A stretch of DNA of 47,457 nucleotides. Origin: a virus. Position numbers and translations under genes: made by a program. The DNA is taken from IMG/VR virus record IMGVR_UViG_3300031813_000041; one strand, 5' to 3'. Positions 7,617 to 18,694 of this stretch are shown in pieces. Each line of letters starts with the position of its first letter. Positions within the stretch are counted from its first letter, which is position 1. The notes beneath the pieces were generated by a model. The model worked only from the letters and a program-made list of their open reading frames with translations, was not told the origin of the DNA and made no database searches.

Positions 7617-7916
7617 ATGGACGCAATAAATATCAATGGCATTGAGTATATGCCAGTAAACGCTGTTTCCGGTAATCGCGCAGTTGTTGTCGTTGATCGT
7701 GGATGGATTTTTGCTGGGGATGTCACGAAAAATAATGGCCGTATTCATCTTAGCAATGCTGTATGGATATTTCGATGGGAATCCGTAGGATTTGATGGAG
7801 TGATTGCAAATCCAAAATCATCATCAGTAATAATTAAGCCAATGCCTAATGGTGTAGATATACCAGAAGGAGCAGAAATCTTCTCGGTTCCTGTGGGAGA
7901 CGGGTGGGGGATGTAA
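7617..7916 (+). CDS. Hypothetical protein
   Basis: GGAG then 6 nt then ATG 7617; 99 aa. Confidence 0.6.
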   Translation: MDAININGIEYMPVNAVSGNRAVVVVDRGWIFAGDVTKNNGRIHLSNAVWIFRWESVGFDGVIANPKSSSVIIKPMPNGVDIPEGAEIFSVPVGDGWGM

Positions 7917-8203
7917 TGCCTCCATCATTTAAGCCTATTGGCTACGGCGACGGCGACGGCTACGGCGACGGCTACGGCTACGGCTACGGCTACAGCTACG
8001 GCTACGGCTACGGCTACGGCTACGGCTACGGCAACGGCGACGGCGACGGCTACGGCGACGGCTACGGCTACGGCTACGGCTACGGCAACGGCTACGGCTA
8101 CGGCTACGGCAACGGCGACGGCGACGGCGACGGCTACGGCTACGGCTACGGCTACGGCGACGGCGACGGAACATCCTCACCAAATAGAGCAAGAAGAAAA
8201 TGA
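7916..8203 (+). CDS. Gly-Tyr / Gly-Asp / Gly-Asn dipeptide-repeat protein with a basic C-terminal tail
   Basis: ATGTAATG coupling upstream and ATGA coupling to the exonuclease gene downstream. MPPSFKPIGYGDGDGYGDGYGYGYGY...GDGDGTSSPNRARRK. Confidence 0.55.
   Translation: MPPSFKPIGYGDGDGYGDGYGYGYGYSYGYGYGYGYGYGNGDGDGYGDGYGYGYGYGNGYGYGYGNGDGDGDGYGYGYGYGDGDGTSSPNRARRK
7940..8170. repeat. Hexanucleotide microsatellite (GGCTAC/GGCGAC/GGCAAC)n, about 77 codons
   Basis: Read directly. One AGC variant. Multiple frames stay open: two forward and one reverse frame give long ORFs in the track. Confidence 0.95.
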
Positions 8204-8964
8204 TTGAATTCAACTTCCCGCAACAGCAGTATTTCGACAATATCGGAATATCTAAATCTGGCTTGGACTTGCTTGGTATGTCACCAGCGCATTTTCAGGC
8301 TGGTCAGTCAGTAACCCGTAAGCAGTCACCAGCCCTTCAGATCGGTAGTGCCGTTCACTGTGCGGTGCTAGAGCCAGAAGAGTTTGGAAACCGATATGCG
8401 TTAGCTGACTATGACCGTCGAACCAAGGAGGGTAAGGCGGCTCATGTAGAGATGCTTGATCGTGGGATTGAAGGCTTGAATTCTGATATGTATATGCAGG
8501 TCATTGGTATGCAGAAATCAGTATTGAATCATCCTGTGGCAAAGGAGTTGCTCCAGGGTGGCGACGCTGAAGTCTCATGCTTCCAGACTGTTGATGGAAT
8601 TCATGTCAAGGCCAGAGCAGATTACCTGAGAAAGGACGGCATTATTGTTGACCTAAAGACCACTGAAGATGCATCCCCCCTTGAGTTTGCAAAGAGTGTT
8701 CTTAGATACAAGTATTACCGTCAGGCGGCTTGGTATACGGAACTATTCAATAGGGAAATGGATGTTAATGACTTTATCTTCGTTGTCGTAGAGAAGTCAC
8801 CACCGTATGCTGTAGCCATTTACACACTAGATTCTGAGGCTATTGAAAAAGGCCAACAGGATTGTGATCGATTGTTTGCCTTGTACAAGCATTGCTTAGA
8901 GAACGACGAGTGGCCTGGTTATTCTCAGGAAATACAAACACTCAGTCTTCCTAAGTGGAAATAA
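8200..8964 (+). CDS. PD-(D/E)XK exonuclease (RecE/DUF3799-like), partner of Erf
   Basis: 254 aa. KARADYL...GIIVDLKTT fits D...(D/E)xK. Also YYRQAAWY. Sits in the recombination module. Confidence 0.7.
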   Translation: MIEFNFPQQQYFDNIGISKSGLDLLGMSPAHFQAGQSVTRKQSPALQIGSAVHCAVLEPEEFGNRYALADYDRRTKEGKAAHVEMLDRGIEGLNSDMYMQVIGMQKSVLNHPVAKELLQGGDAEVSCFQTVDGIHVKARADYLRKDGIIVDLKTTEDASPLEFAKSVLRYKYYRQAAWYTELFNREMDVNDFIFVVVEKSPPYAVAIYTLDSEAIEKGQQDCDRLFALYKHCLENDEWPGYSQEIQTLSLPKWK

Positions 8965-8965
8965 T

Positions 8966-9039
8966 TGGGGGATCGACTAAAGGCAGGTCTACGGGTTTTG
9001 ATCCCGTCAATCTAGGTTCGAATCCTAGTCCCCCAGCCA
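8966..9039 (+). tRNA. tRNA-Gln (anticodon UUG), CCA encoded
   Basis: Hand-folded cloverleaf. Acceptor TGGGGGA/TCCCCCA, D stem GACT/GGTC, anticodon stem ACGGG/CCCGT with loop TTTTGAT, T arm CTAGG-TTCGAAT-CCTAG, discriminator G. Resembles E. coli tRNA-Gln (U1-A72, G73). Confidence 0.85.
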
Positions 9040-9228
9040 ATAAGGCCCTTTTTTCATTAAGCTCACATTGAATGTACAGGGTCGAAATCCTATAGAGTTT
9101 TTCACCAATATGCTTTGTAGGTTGACCGCCGAGAACAGTTCGGCAACTTATTACGGGAACCGAATGGATAAATCCTTTTCACGGGGCTGTGAAATCCCCA
9201 TGAGGTTCCCACCCTTTGAGGAAGAAGA

Positions 9229-9522
9229 ATGAGTAAAAGACACAAACACGCTGATGTGATCCATGCGTGGGCTGAAGGTGAGGAGATTGAATATAGAAGC
9301 GCTGGCGGAGCATGGGTATCAGACAACAGGCACATAACCTTTTATGAAGATTTCGAGTACCGCATCAAACCCAAGACCGTGAAGAAAGAGGGGTGGGTGA
9401 ATGTTTATGAGTACGGTGTGCTTGGTTTCAAGGCTTACCAAACAGAAGAAGAGGCTGATACACAAAAGTGTTCAAGGGATCGAATAGCCTGCATCCGCAT
9501 CGAGTGGGAGGAGACCGAGTGA
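9229..9522 (+). CDS. Hypothetical protein (paralogous C-terminal motif with 4120..4461)
   Basis: GAGGAAG RBS. C-terminus KEGWVNVY...YQTEEEA...IACIRIEWE. Confidence 0.7.
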   Translation: MSKRHKHADVIHAWAEGEEIEYRSAGGAWVSDNRHITFYEDFEYRIKPKTVKKEGWVNVYEYGVLGFKAYQTEEEADTQKCSRDRIACIRIEWEETE

Positions 9523-9779
9523 ACGCGCCGAAAAAGATTTGGTTGTCACGATATATGGACTGGGACGATGTTGAAAAGCAAACAGAAAGCGACATTCCCT
9601 ACATCCGCGCTGACATCGTCGAAGAAATGCGCCAGAAACTGCACATCGCCGCCCAAGTATTCCGCGCCTACCAAGCGCACCATGAATACAAAGAGGGTGG
9701 CGCGAATGACAAATCAGAACGCAACAAGGGCTATGCCGAGCAGATGGAAGCCGCACTCGCGAATCTGGAGGAGGAGTGA
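9519..9779 (+). CDS. Hypothetical protein
   Basis: GTG 9519 preceded by GGGAGGAG; overlaps the upstream TGA; 86 aa. Confidence 0.55.
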   Translation: MNAPKKIWLSRYMDWDDVEKQTESDIPYIRADIVEEMRQKLHIAAQVFRAYQAHHEYKEGGANDKSERNKGYAEQMEAALANLEEE

Positions 9780-10081
9780 TGGAAACAAAATTTACGCCGG
9801 GGCCTTGGATCTGGGGAGATGACTATCAAGGGTTGTATGGAGCCGGACCTAATAATCAAGTTCTTGACTACTTTTGCGGGGAAGGAATGTCTCTTGGGTA
9901 TAACAAACGCATGGATGCCAATGCCCGTTTACTTGCTGCTGCACCTGCTATGTATGAGGCTTTGGAAGAACTATGCAGATACGCAGATGATAGCAATGAT
10001 TGTCAGTACGGAACTCTGTCAACGAGGTTGGTTAAATATATTGCCGAAGCCGCCCTCACCAAAGCCAGAGGTGAAGCATGA
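9779..10081 (+). CDS. Hypothetical protein
   Basis: GGAGGAG RBS and TGATG overlap; GTG 9776 is an alternative start. TPGPW...ANARLLAAAPAMYEALEEL pattern. Confidence 0.6.
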   Translation: METKFTPGPWIWGDDYQGLYGAGPNNQVLDYFCGEGMSLGYNKRMDANARLLAAAPAMYEALEELCRYADDSNDCQYGTLSTRLVKYIAEAALTKARGEA

Positions 10082-10833
10082 ACACCGCAACCGAACTGCT
10101 CAGGGAAATCTACGCAGACCTTGAATACGATTCAAAACTGCCGCTGTGGTTAAGAGATAAAGTCCGCACTTTCCTCGCCTCCGAGCCAGAAGCGGAGCCG
10201 AGGGTATGGATGATGACAAGGGATGATATCGAAGGTGCGGCATTTGAATTCGGCAAAGAGCAAGTCGAAACATATTGGAAAAACCGTGGGTACAAAATCG
10301 AACCCCTCTACACCAGACCCGCCGAGGTGACAGCAAGGAAGCCGATGACGGAGGCGGAATGCGAGGAGTTAATCATGGAAGATTACAGGATGGAAAATAA
10401 GACCGACATAATGGATAGGTTTAAGACGATCTCAGACTCTATCCGCACCAATCAGATCAAGGCCATGAAAAGCATGATCGAAAGAACGGATAAAAAGATA
10501 GATCAGAAGATCAATGAAGCCTGTAAGCGGATCTACGAGAAGGTTCTTGAGGAGATAAAGGGGAAACTAGAACTGATCCACGATATCGACAAGGTTCAGA
10601 CTGACATTCGCGAACTTCGGAAGATGACAGACGATCTTATTGAGAAGCACACAGTCCTGACTGAGGTTTCCTATATCGCGAGGAACAGACTGGATAAAGA
10701 AGGCCAAGCCAGATTGAACGCAGAATTGATACGATCAATGGATTTTCCGGGTGATTGGTTCAAGAAAAGAAACGATATGTCCCTGGACGAATTGTTCAAA
10801 ATGTATCAAAATGGCGTTGATAAAGGCCAATAG
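10078..10833 (+). CDS. Hypothetical protein with a coiled-coil-like C-terminal half
   Basis: 251 aa, ATGA overlap upstream. K/E/I-rich heptad-like region at about aa 120-200. Confidence 0.6.
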   Translation: MNTATELLREIYADLEYDSKLPLWLRDKVRTFLASEPEAEPRVWMMTRDDIEGAAFEFGKEQVETYWKNRGYKIEPLYTRPAEVTARKPMTEAECEELIMEDYRMENKTDIMDRFKTISDSIRTNQIKAMKSMIERTDKKIDQKINEACKRIYEKVLEEIKGKLELIHDIDKVQTDIRELRKMTDDLIEKHTVLTEVSYIARNRLDKEGQARLNAELIRSMDFPGDWFKKRNDMSLDELFKMYQNGVDKGQ

Positions 10834-10834
10834 C

Positions 10835-11035
10835 ATGAACAATGGAATTAATAATACTTGGAACAATACTGATTCTGGCAGTCTGGACAGTGGACGCATA
10901 ACCTATAAACAGGTTGGCACTATCCAGTTGCTGAGAGGAAACAAATTCATCATTTCTCTGGATGAACACAAACTTCCAGAAGGAACTAGAGCCTTATACG
11001 TCAGGGAAAATCATGAACTACCGTTATGCGATTGA
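10835..11035 (+). CDS. Hypothetical small protein
   Basis: 66 aa from ATG 10835, directly after the upstream TAG. Overlaps the methyltransferase start by 23 nt. Confidence 0.35.
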   Translation: MNNGINNTWNNTDSGSLDSGRITYKQVGTIQLLRGNKFIISLDEHKLPEGTRALYVRENHELPLCD

Positions 11036-11594
11036 TGAGACTCATCCCCACCTAGGCGGCAATCTCAAAGAAGGAGACTTCAATACGCATTCACCGAATG
11101 TCTGGAATTACCTGATTGATCGATTCGCTATTAAGAGCGTAATGGATCTTGGATCAGGGATGGGATACGCCAGTCATTATTTCGATAAGAAGGGATGTCA
11201 GGTAATTGCCGTCGATGGATTAGAGGAGAATGTGCGTAATGCCGTTTATCCTACGATCCTTCATGACATTACAAAGAGTCCGATTGTGGCTAATGTGGAT
11301 CTGGTTCACTGTCAGGAAGTCGCAGAGCATATTGACCCACAATACGTTCTCTATCTAATTAAGTCTCTAGCTTGCGGGAAGTTCATCCTGTTCACTCATG
11401 CTCTACCAGGGCAGCATGGATATCACCATGTGAACTTACAGGAACCGGACTACTGGCTGAATCTATTCTCGGAACATGGGATTGCCATGCTTCCAGAGGA
11501 TACAGCCAGAGTCAGGGTGATTGCAGATGCTGAAGGGGCTATCTATGTGGCTCAAACGGGAATGGTTCTAGTTAATCAGAACCGCGTAATCTGA
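11013..11594 (+). CDS. Class I SAM-dependent methyltransferase
   Basis: VMDLGSGMGYASHYF (motif I) followed by VIAVDG (motif II-like). AGGGA RBS before ATG 11013. Confidence 0.7.
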   Translation: MNYRYAIDETHPHLGGNLKEGDFNTHSPNVWNYLIDRFAIKSVMDLGSGMGYASHYFDKKGCQVIAVDGLEENVRNAVYPTILHDITKSPIVANVDLVHCQEVAEHIDPQYVLYLIKSLACGKFILFTHALPGQHGYHHVNLQEPDYWLNLFSEHGIAMLPEDTARVRVIADAEGAIYVAQTGMVLVNQNRVI

Positions 11595-11763
11595 TAGCCC
11601 CTCCCAGAGCCGTCAGGATCGCCGCAATACCACCACCTATCTCAAGGGCAGGGAGAGCAAGAAAACCTGCCCCTATGACCGCTACAGTGCCTAGAACGGC
11701 TAATATCCGCACTTCATCAGCCGTTTCATTGTCTGATTTAGTAAATACTTCTTGGATTCTCAT
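11572..11763 (-). CDS. Small membrane protein, last gene of the late operon
   Basis: ATGA overlap with the glycosyltransferase stop. Two hydrophobic segments (ILAVLGTVAVIGAGFLALPAL and IGGGIAAILTALGGAI). 3' end overlaps the convergent methyltransferase. Confidence 0.4.
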   Translation of the reverse strand: MRIQEVFTKSDNETADEVRILAVLGTVAVIGAGFLALPALEIGGGIAAILTALGGAIRLRGSD

Positions 11764-12863
11764 GGATTGGGCCACACTGCATCTATAGGTGTTTTTGAAT
11801 ACCATCCCTGATCTTTAAGGCTCATGATCTGACGGAATATCTTATCCATCTGTGCGCCTACCGTATCTAGGCCATACCGCCCCCTCGCAACAGAAGCAAT
11901 CTGTCTTCTATTGAGAGCGTTAATCTTTCTGGTTGCCTCAATCCAGTCCCCTAGAGTGTGACACCGATAACCAGTAAGATTGTGAATAACGGTTTCATTG
12001 AAGCATCCAAAGTCGGAAGCGATTAGTGGAGTACCGCATAATTGACCCTCAACGCCAGCGCCTCCGAAAGGCTCTGTATAGCGTGTGGGCATCAGCATAG
12101 CCGCCGCATTGCGTAGAAGTTCACTACGGGCTTTACCGGTCACGGGAGGCTCTACAGTCAGGTTTACGGCATCGTCAAAGAATCCTTCCATTGCAGGATC
12201 AATTTGTCCTACAACACGAATAGGAAGTTCTGTGTGCCTCGCTAGTTCCTTGATGATCGGCATTCCCTTGCATTCAATGACTCGGCCAAAGTAAAGCAGG
12301 TATTCACCTTGGTTATAGTTTGGTTCCCAATCATCAAGATCATATCCCATTGGACATACCCATTGATAATCGTTGCCCCCTGTTTGTTCCTTGCCTTGAT
12401 GCCAGGACATCCACTGATAAGTCTCATAAACGCGGAGAGGCATAGCGCACTGGGTATAGCCGATACCAATTTCTACATGATAAGCATTAGGAAACTGAGC
12501 CACCAAGTCAGCATGACAAATGCCAAAAGGATGACAAACGATATCGCCGTATTCAATCCTGTAGGCCAGTTCTTTTTTAAGTTTCTTGGTAAATTCACGA
12601 TAAAGCGTACAATCGACTGAAGCCGCTTCGTTAGGTTGTTCTTGCTTGTAGAGGTCTTTGAGTTCCCGAAACCGTTCCTTTTCCAATATGACAACGTGTT
12701 CCGTTGCCTGAGATTCTGATCCTTCATTTGAATACTCAATGACTTCATGACCAAAAGGAAGCATCATTTTTCCAAAACGAATGACGCGACCTGTAAAAGC
12801 GCAGTGTGAAAATTCGGCGGCAGGAATTGTATGAAACAGTCCTAATAGATGCAGTCTTGCCAT
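11760..12863 (-). CDS. GT-B fold glycosyltransferase (family 1/4-like)
   Basis: 367 aa. TEPFGGAGVEGQLCGTPLIASDFGCFNETVIHNLTGY matches the remembered E-x7-E type GT1 C-terminal signature. Confidence 0.75.
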   Translation of the reverse strand: MARLHLLGLFHTIPAAEFSHCAFTGRVIRFGKMMLPFGHEVIEYSNEGSESQATEHVVILEKERFRELKDLYKQEQPNEAASVDCTLYREFTKKLKKELAYRIEYGDIVCHPFGICHADLVAQFPNAYHVEIGIGYTQCAMPLRVYETYQWMSWHQGKEQTGGNDYQWVCPMGYDLDDWEPNYNQGEYLLYFGRVIECKGMPIIKELARHTELPIRVVGQIDPAMEGFFDDAVNLTVEPPVTGKARSELLRNAAAMLMPTRYTEPFGGAGVEGQLCGTPLIASDFGCFNETVIHNLTGYRCHTLGDWIEATRKINALNRRQIASVARGRYGLDTVGAQMDKIFRQIMSLKDQGWYSKTPIDAVWPNP

Positions 12864-12881
12864 AAGTCCTCCCTATAGACT

Positions 12882-13187
12882 TTAGCGACAGTTGAAAACC
12901 TCTCTAGTAGAGGTTGAGTTTTGATCGTTGCAGAGTTTAGCGCATCCTTCTGGTGTGCGCTCCCATTTATCCTTTGCCTTACCGTCCTTGTAAGTCTGAT
13001 ATTGCATATTCCTAGGATCATCAATGCCGCCACAAGCGAGCGCACAGATATGGTCTATGACATAACCCTTTCTGCCGTGAGTATAGCCCTGCTCAACTTC
13101 AAATTTATGAGCCTGTGCGCGTGATCGACAAGATGATTCTGCGCTGATCGGAATCAGACAAAAACTAAGGATTAAGCATCTGAGCAA
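12882..13187 (-). CDS. HNH nuclease-like protein with an N-terminal signal peptide
   Basis: MLRCLILSFCLIPISA then ESS (signal-like). GYVIDHICALACGGIDDPRNMQYQT...KAKDKWE fits the DH..PL..GG....N.Q.Q HNH pattern. Confidence 0.6.
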   Translation of the reverse strand: MLRCLILSFCLIPISAESSCRSRAQAHKFEVEQGYTHGRKGYVIDHICALACGGIDDPRNMQYQTYKDGKAKDKWERTPEGCAKLCNDQNSTSTREVFNCR

Positions 13188-13455
13188 TTTGAGCCTCCAG
13201 ATCAGCTATTTTTGCTGGGCCTAGATCCGTCTGCACCCATCCAATAATGTCAGAGTCCGTAACCTGTGATCTTGGGATGAGAGGTATATCGACATTAATG
13301 GTGAATCCCATCATGTCGTAAATCCATGCGGAATTTTCTGTGTCCTGATCGGTTCCGGTAATCTGCCATTGACAGGCATAGATCACATCCTCTATCCCTT
13401 CGTACTCTTGGTAGGTAAAGACACCAAGGATCTGCCATGTGTATATGATGTTCAT
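13165..13455 (-). CDS. Hypothetical protein
   Basis: 96-aa ORF directly following the poly-glycine protein gene. Confidence 0.5.
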   Translation of the reverse strand: MNIIYTWQILGVFTYQEYEGIEDVIYACQWQITGTDQDTENSAWIYDMMGFTINVDIPLIPRSQVTDSDIIGWVQTDLGPAKIADLEAQIAQMLNP

Positions 13456-14362
13456 TAGAATCTAATTACCACAACGCCATAACCGCCAGTTCCAGCAGCC
13501 GCTCCACCGCCACCACCACCGCCAAGGCTTGCACCGCCTCCAACTCCTGTGCTAGTGCATCCGCCACCGCCACCGCCACCGGGGCCAACATTGCTAACCG
13601 TTGACCAATCAAGCATTTGGTAAATCAAACCAAGTGCGCCAGCAGTATTTGTAGTTGCAAAGCCGCCACCTCCACCGCCACCAGAATAAAGGGTAGCGCC
13701 TCCAGCCGCAGACGATGCGGTAGCTCCAGCACCACCGCCAGTTCCAGCGGGGCCATTCCCTCCGTTTCCTCCTGCGGATGCAGTTCCTGCGCCACCTGCT
13801 GATGAGGATGGGCCACCAGCGCCACCGCCTCCACCGGCGCCAGAGGCGGCCAAGCCAGCACCACCATTGCCACCAGCAGCATAAGGCCCAGCCGCACCGC
13901 CGCCGCCGCCCCCGGCTCTACCATTAAGAGTTCCCCCAGTTAAGCCACCATTTCCACCGGCATAGGTTGTATTGCCAATGCTAGATGCCGCTGAACCGCC
14001 TGTTCCAGATGAGTTAGCTGCGCCACCTTTTGCCAAGCATCCAGTGGATGTTGTTGATGGTGCGGCATTTGATGTATTCCCCCAGGAATCCTGCGTAGTT
14101 GCCCCTGATGTGCCAGTAGCACCGACCTGCATATAGAACGTAGAACCCGCCGTTACAGCGATCCTTGCGGTTTTAGCGTATGCCCCACCTCCACCACCGT
14201 ATAATCCTCCGGTTGTTGCTCCAGTGGTTCCTGCGCCGATCGCTTCAACAGTAATGTAGGAAACACCAGTAGGCACTGTCCATGTATTCGCCCCGGTCGT
14301 GGTGAACGTAAGAACGCCATGCACCCCATTTGTGCCGAACTCCATTTGCTGTGCAGTACCCA

Positions 14363-14363
<1 letters not shown>
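13455..14363 (-). CDS. Glycine-rich protein 1 (poly-Gly tracts), fibre-associated
   Basis: ATG 14363 overlaps the fibre stop (TAATG). N-terminal domain TWTVPTGVSYITVEAIGAG followed by GGGGG tracts. Paralogous layout to 19486..20346. Confidence 0.65.
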
Positions 14364-17290
<2,927 letters not shown>

Positions 17291-17295
17291 TTACC

Positions 17296-17619
17296 TCAGA
17301 TATCGGTTATTTCCTGCACAACATTAAACTGGAACGTAGGCGTATAGATCACATCATCTCCGCTACTCACATAGCGAATATCGCAATTTAAAGGGCCAAG
17401 AGGCCATGTTAGCGTATTCTCAGATGTCTGAGTCATTTGAATGACCCATATTACTGATGGCGAAGTGGGTGGCGTCAATGTGACATTGAGAGTGGAAACC
17501 AAGGTTCCAGTCTGATCTTTCACTTCTGAAGTAGCAGTCCATGTACCGCTTGGAAGTGATACCGTACCAGCTAATGCCAGTGTTGCGCCTCGCTTGAGAA
17601 TGAAAGATTGAGTAGCCAT
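17296..17619 (-). CDS. Hypothetical virion or fibre-associated protein
   Basis: 107-aa T/S-rich beta-like sequence, tightly packed in the operon. Confidence 0.55.
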   Translation of the reverse strand: MATQSFILKRGATLALAGTVSLPSGTWTATSEVKDQTGTLVSTLNVTLTPPTSPSVIWVIQMTQTSENTLTWPLGPLNCDIRYVSSGDDVIYTPTFQFNVVQEITDI

Positions 17620-17978
17620 TAGGGTGCCAGATTTGCGCCAACAGATGCGGTCAGATTTGCGCTTGAAGAAGTCAATGTGACTCTCCAGGTAGCAGGAAGA
17701 ATTGTGTTGACCGATACATTTGAAGTAGCCGCAAAGTTAGGCCCAACTTGCAAGACTTGCTGGCTAACAGAGCTTATAGCGGTCCCAGTCAAGATGGTAT
17801 ACCACGATGATGATGCAGGATCATAGCCTTCGATTGAAGGAGTAATTGAGCCACCTGTTCTAGCAGATACGGTTACGATGATTTGCCCGTGGGTCAACGG
17901 AGGAGTGTTGCTGACAGATGCGCTAGTAGTAGAGGTAATGACCTGTGAAGGTATGACAATTTCAGAAAACTGACTCAT
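17619..17978 (-). CDS. Hypothetical virion or fibre-associated protein
   Basis: 119-aa S/T-rich sequence with start/stop overlaps on both sides. Confidence 0.55.
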   Translation of the reverse strand: MSQFSEIVIPSQVITSTTSASVSNTPPLTHGQIIVTVSARTGGSITPSIEGYDPASSSWYTILTGTAISSVSQQVLQVGPNFAATSNVSVNTILPATWRVTLTSSSANLTASVGANLAP

Positions 17979-18244
17979 GGTTTTTTACTCAGTAAGTGAC
18001 TAAGAACAAGATTAACGGTGCTTTCAACTCGCAATATATCGTTCCTCACCGCATCCGATCTAATTTCATTAGATCTCTCCAATGCTTTTAGTCCATCACG
18101 AAATTCAGTGCGAGTAACATAAGCGTTTTCAAGATGCTTGATCTTGCGCCAAACCCAGATAATGGGAGCGGAAATAATTGTTGTGGTGACGCCCCAAAAA
18201 GTTGCGGCATCTATAGGGGGAAGATCAAGATTCATGTTTCGCAT
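17975..18244 (-). CDS. Membrane protein with a coiled C-terminus (i-spanin or holin-related candidate)
   Basis: TM segment FWGVTTTIISAPIIWVW then a charged helical region. Immediately downstream of the endolysin gene. Confidence 0.35.
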   Translation of the reverse strand: MRNMNLDLPPIDAATFWGVTTTIISAPIIWVWRKIKHLENAYVTRTEFRDGLKALERSNEIRSDAVRNDILRVESTVNLVLSHLLSKKP

Positions 18245-18271
18245 CCTTTTGATTCCACGATAATTATACCG

Positions 18272-18694
18272 TTAGATATTAGTTAGTTGGAAATGCATCC
18301 CATCTGGCTTTTTCCATGTGCCGCCCCAATCAAACCCTGCATCCGTGAAGCATTTCACAAGTTCTGGCGACATGGTAGGCGTTTTGCCAAACCCATTCCA
18401 TGCCGCATTAATGTCGATTGCAATGCCCCACGAATGTAGCGACATGGACGTACCGCCACGCTTTTGTCGACGGTTAAAGCAGCCATCCCAGGTTTTGAGT
18501 TGACCAGCCAAACCTCGACTAATGACATTGTTAAACGCCTTTGTTAAAGGCTCAATCATTGCTCGATTGCAATATATCTTCTTGGGGATAACACCAACCT
18601 CCAATGAAGTCGGTACATCCCAAAGAACCATGAATTTCCCTTCATTAGTATAGGGATCTCCAAATTTAACTAGACAGTCCTTACTTGTCACCAT
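18272..18694 (-). CDS. Endolysin, peptidase M15 (VanY/L-Ala-D-Glu peptidase-like)
   Basis: SLHSWGIAID (HxxxxxxD) and DGMHFQ zinc-ligand motifs. ATG 18694 preferred over 18823 because the upstream segment overlaps the preceding ORF. Confidence 0.8.
   Translation of the reverse strand: MVTSKDCLVKFGDPYTNEGKFMVLWDVPTSLEVGVIPKKIYCNRAMIEPLTKAFNNVISRGLAGQLKTWDGCFNRRQKRGGTSMSLHSWGIAIDINAAWNGFGKTPTMSPELVKCFTDAGFDWGGTWKKPDGMHFQLTNI

Noticed and set aside
7935-8240. The poly-(Ala-Thr) ORF (7938..8207, plus) and the Arg/Ser-rich ORF (7935..8240, minus) over the microsatellite.
   Set aside because: These are alternative readings of the same hexanucleotide repeat. Only the G-Y/D/N frame is start/stop-coupled to both neighbouring genes.
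9040-9335. A possible second tRNA (T-arm-like CAGGGTCGAAATCCTAT at about 9078) and the 77-aa minus-strand ORF 9102..9335.
   Set aside because: I could not build an acceptor or anticodon stem around the T-loop-like element. At best it is a tRNA remnant. The minus ORF opposes the operon direction and overlaps the 9229 gene start.
11565-11584. Hairpin GGTTCT agttaatc AGAACC where the convergent early and late operons meet, as a possible bidirectional terminator.
   Set aside because: The stem is only 6 bp, it lies inside the methyltransferase coding sequence, and neither side has a U-run.
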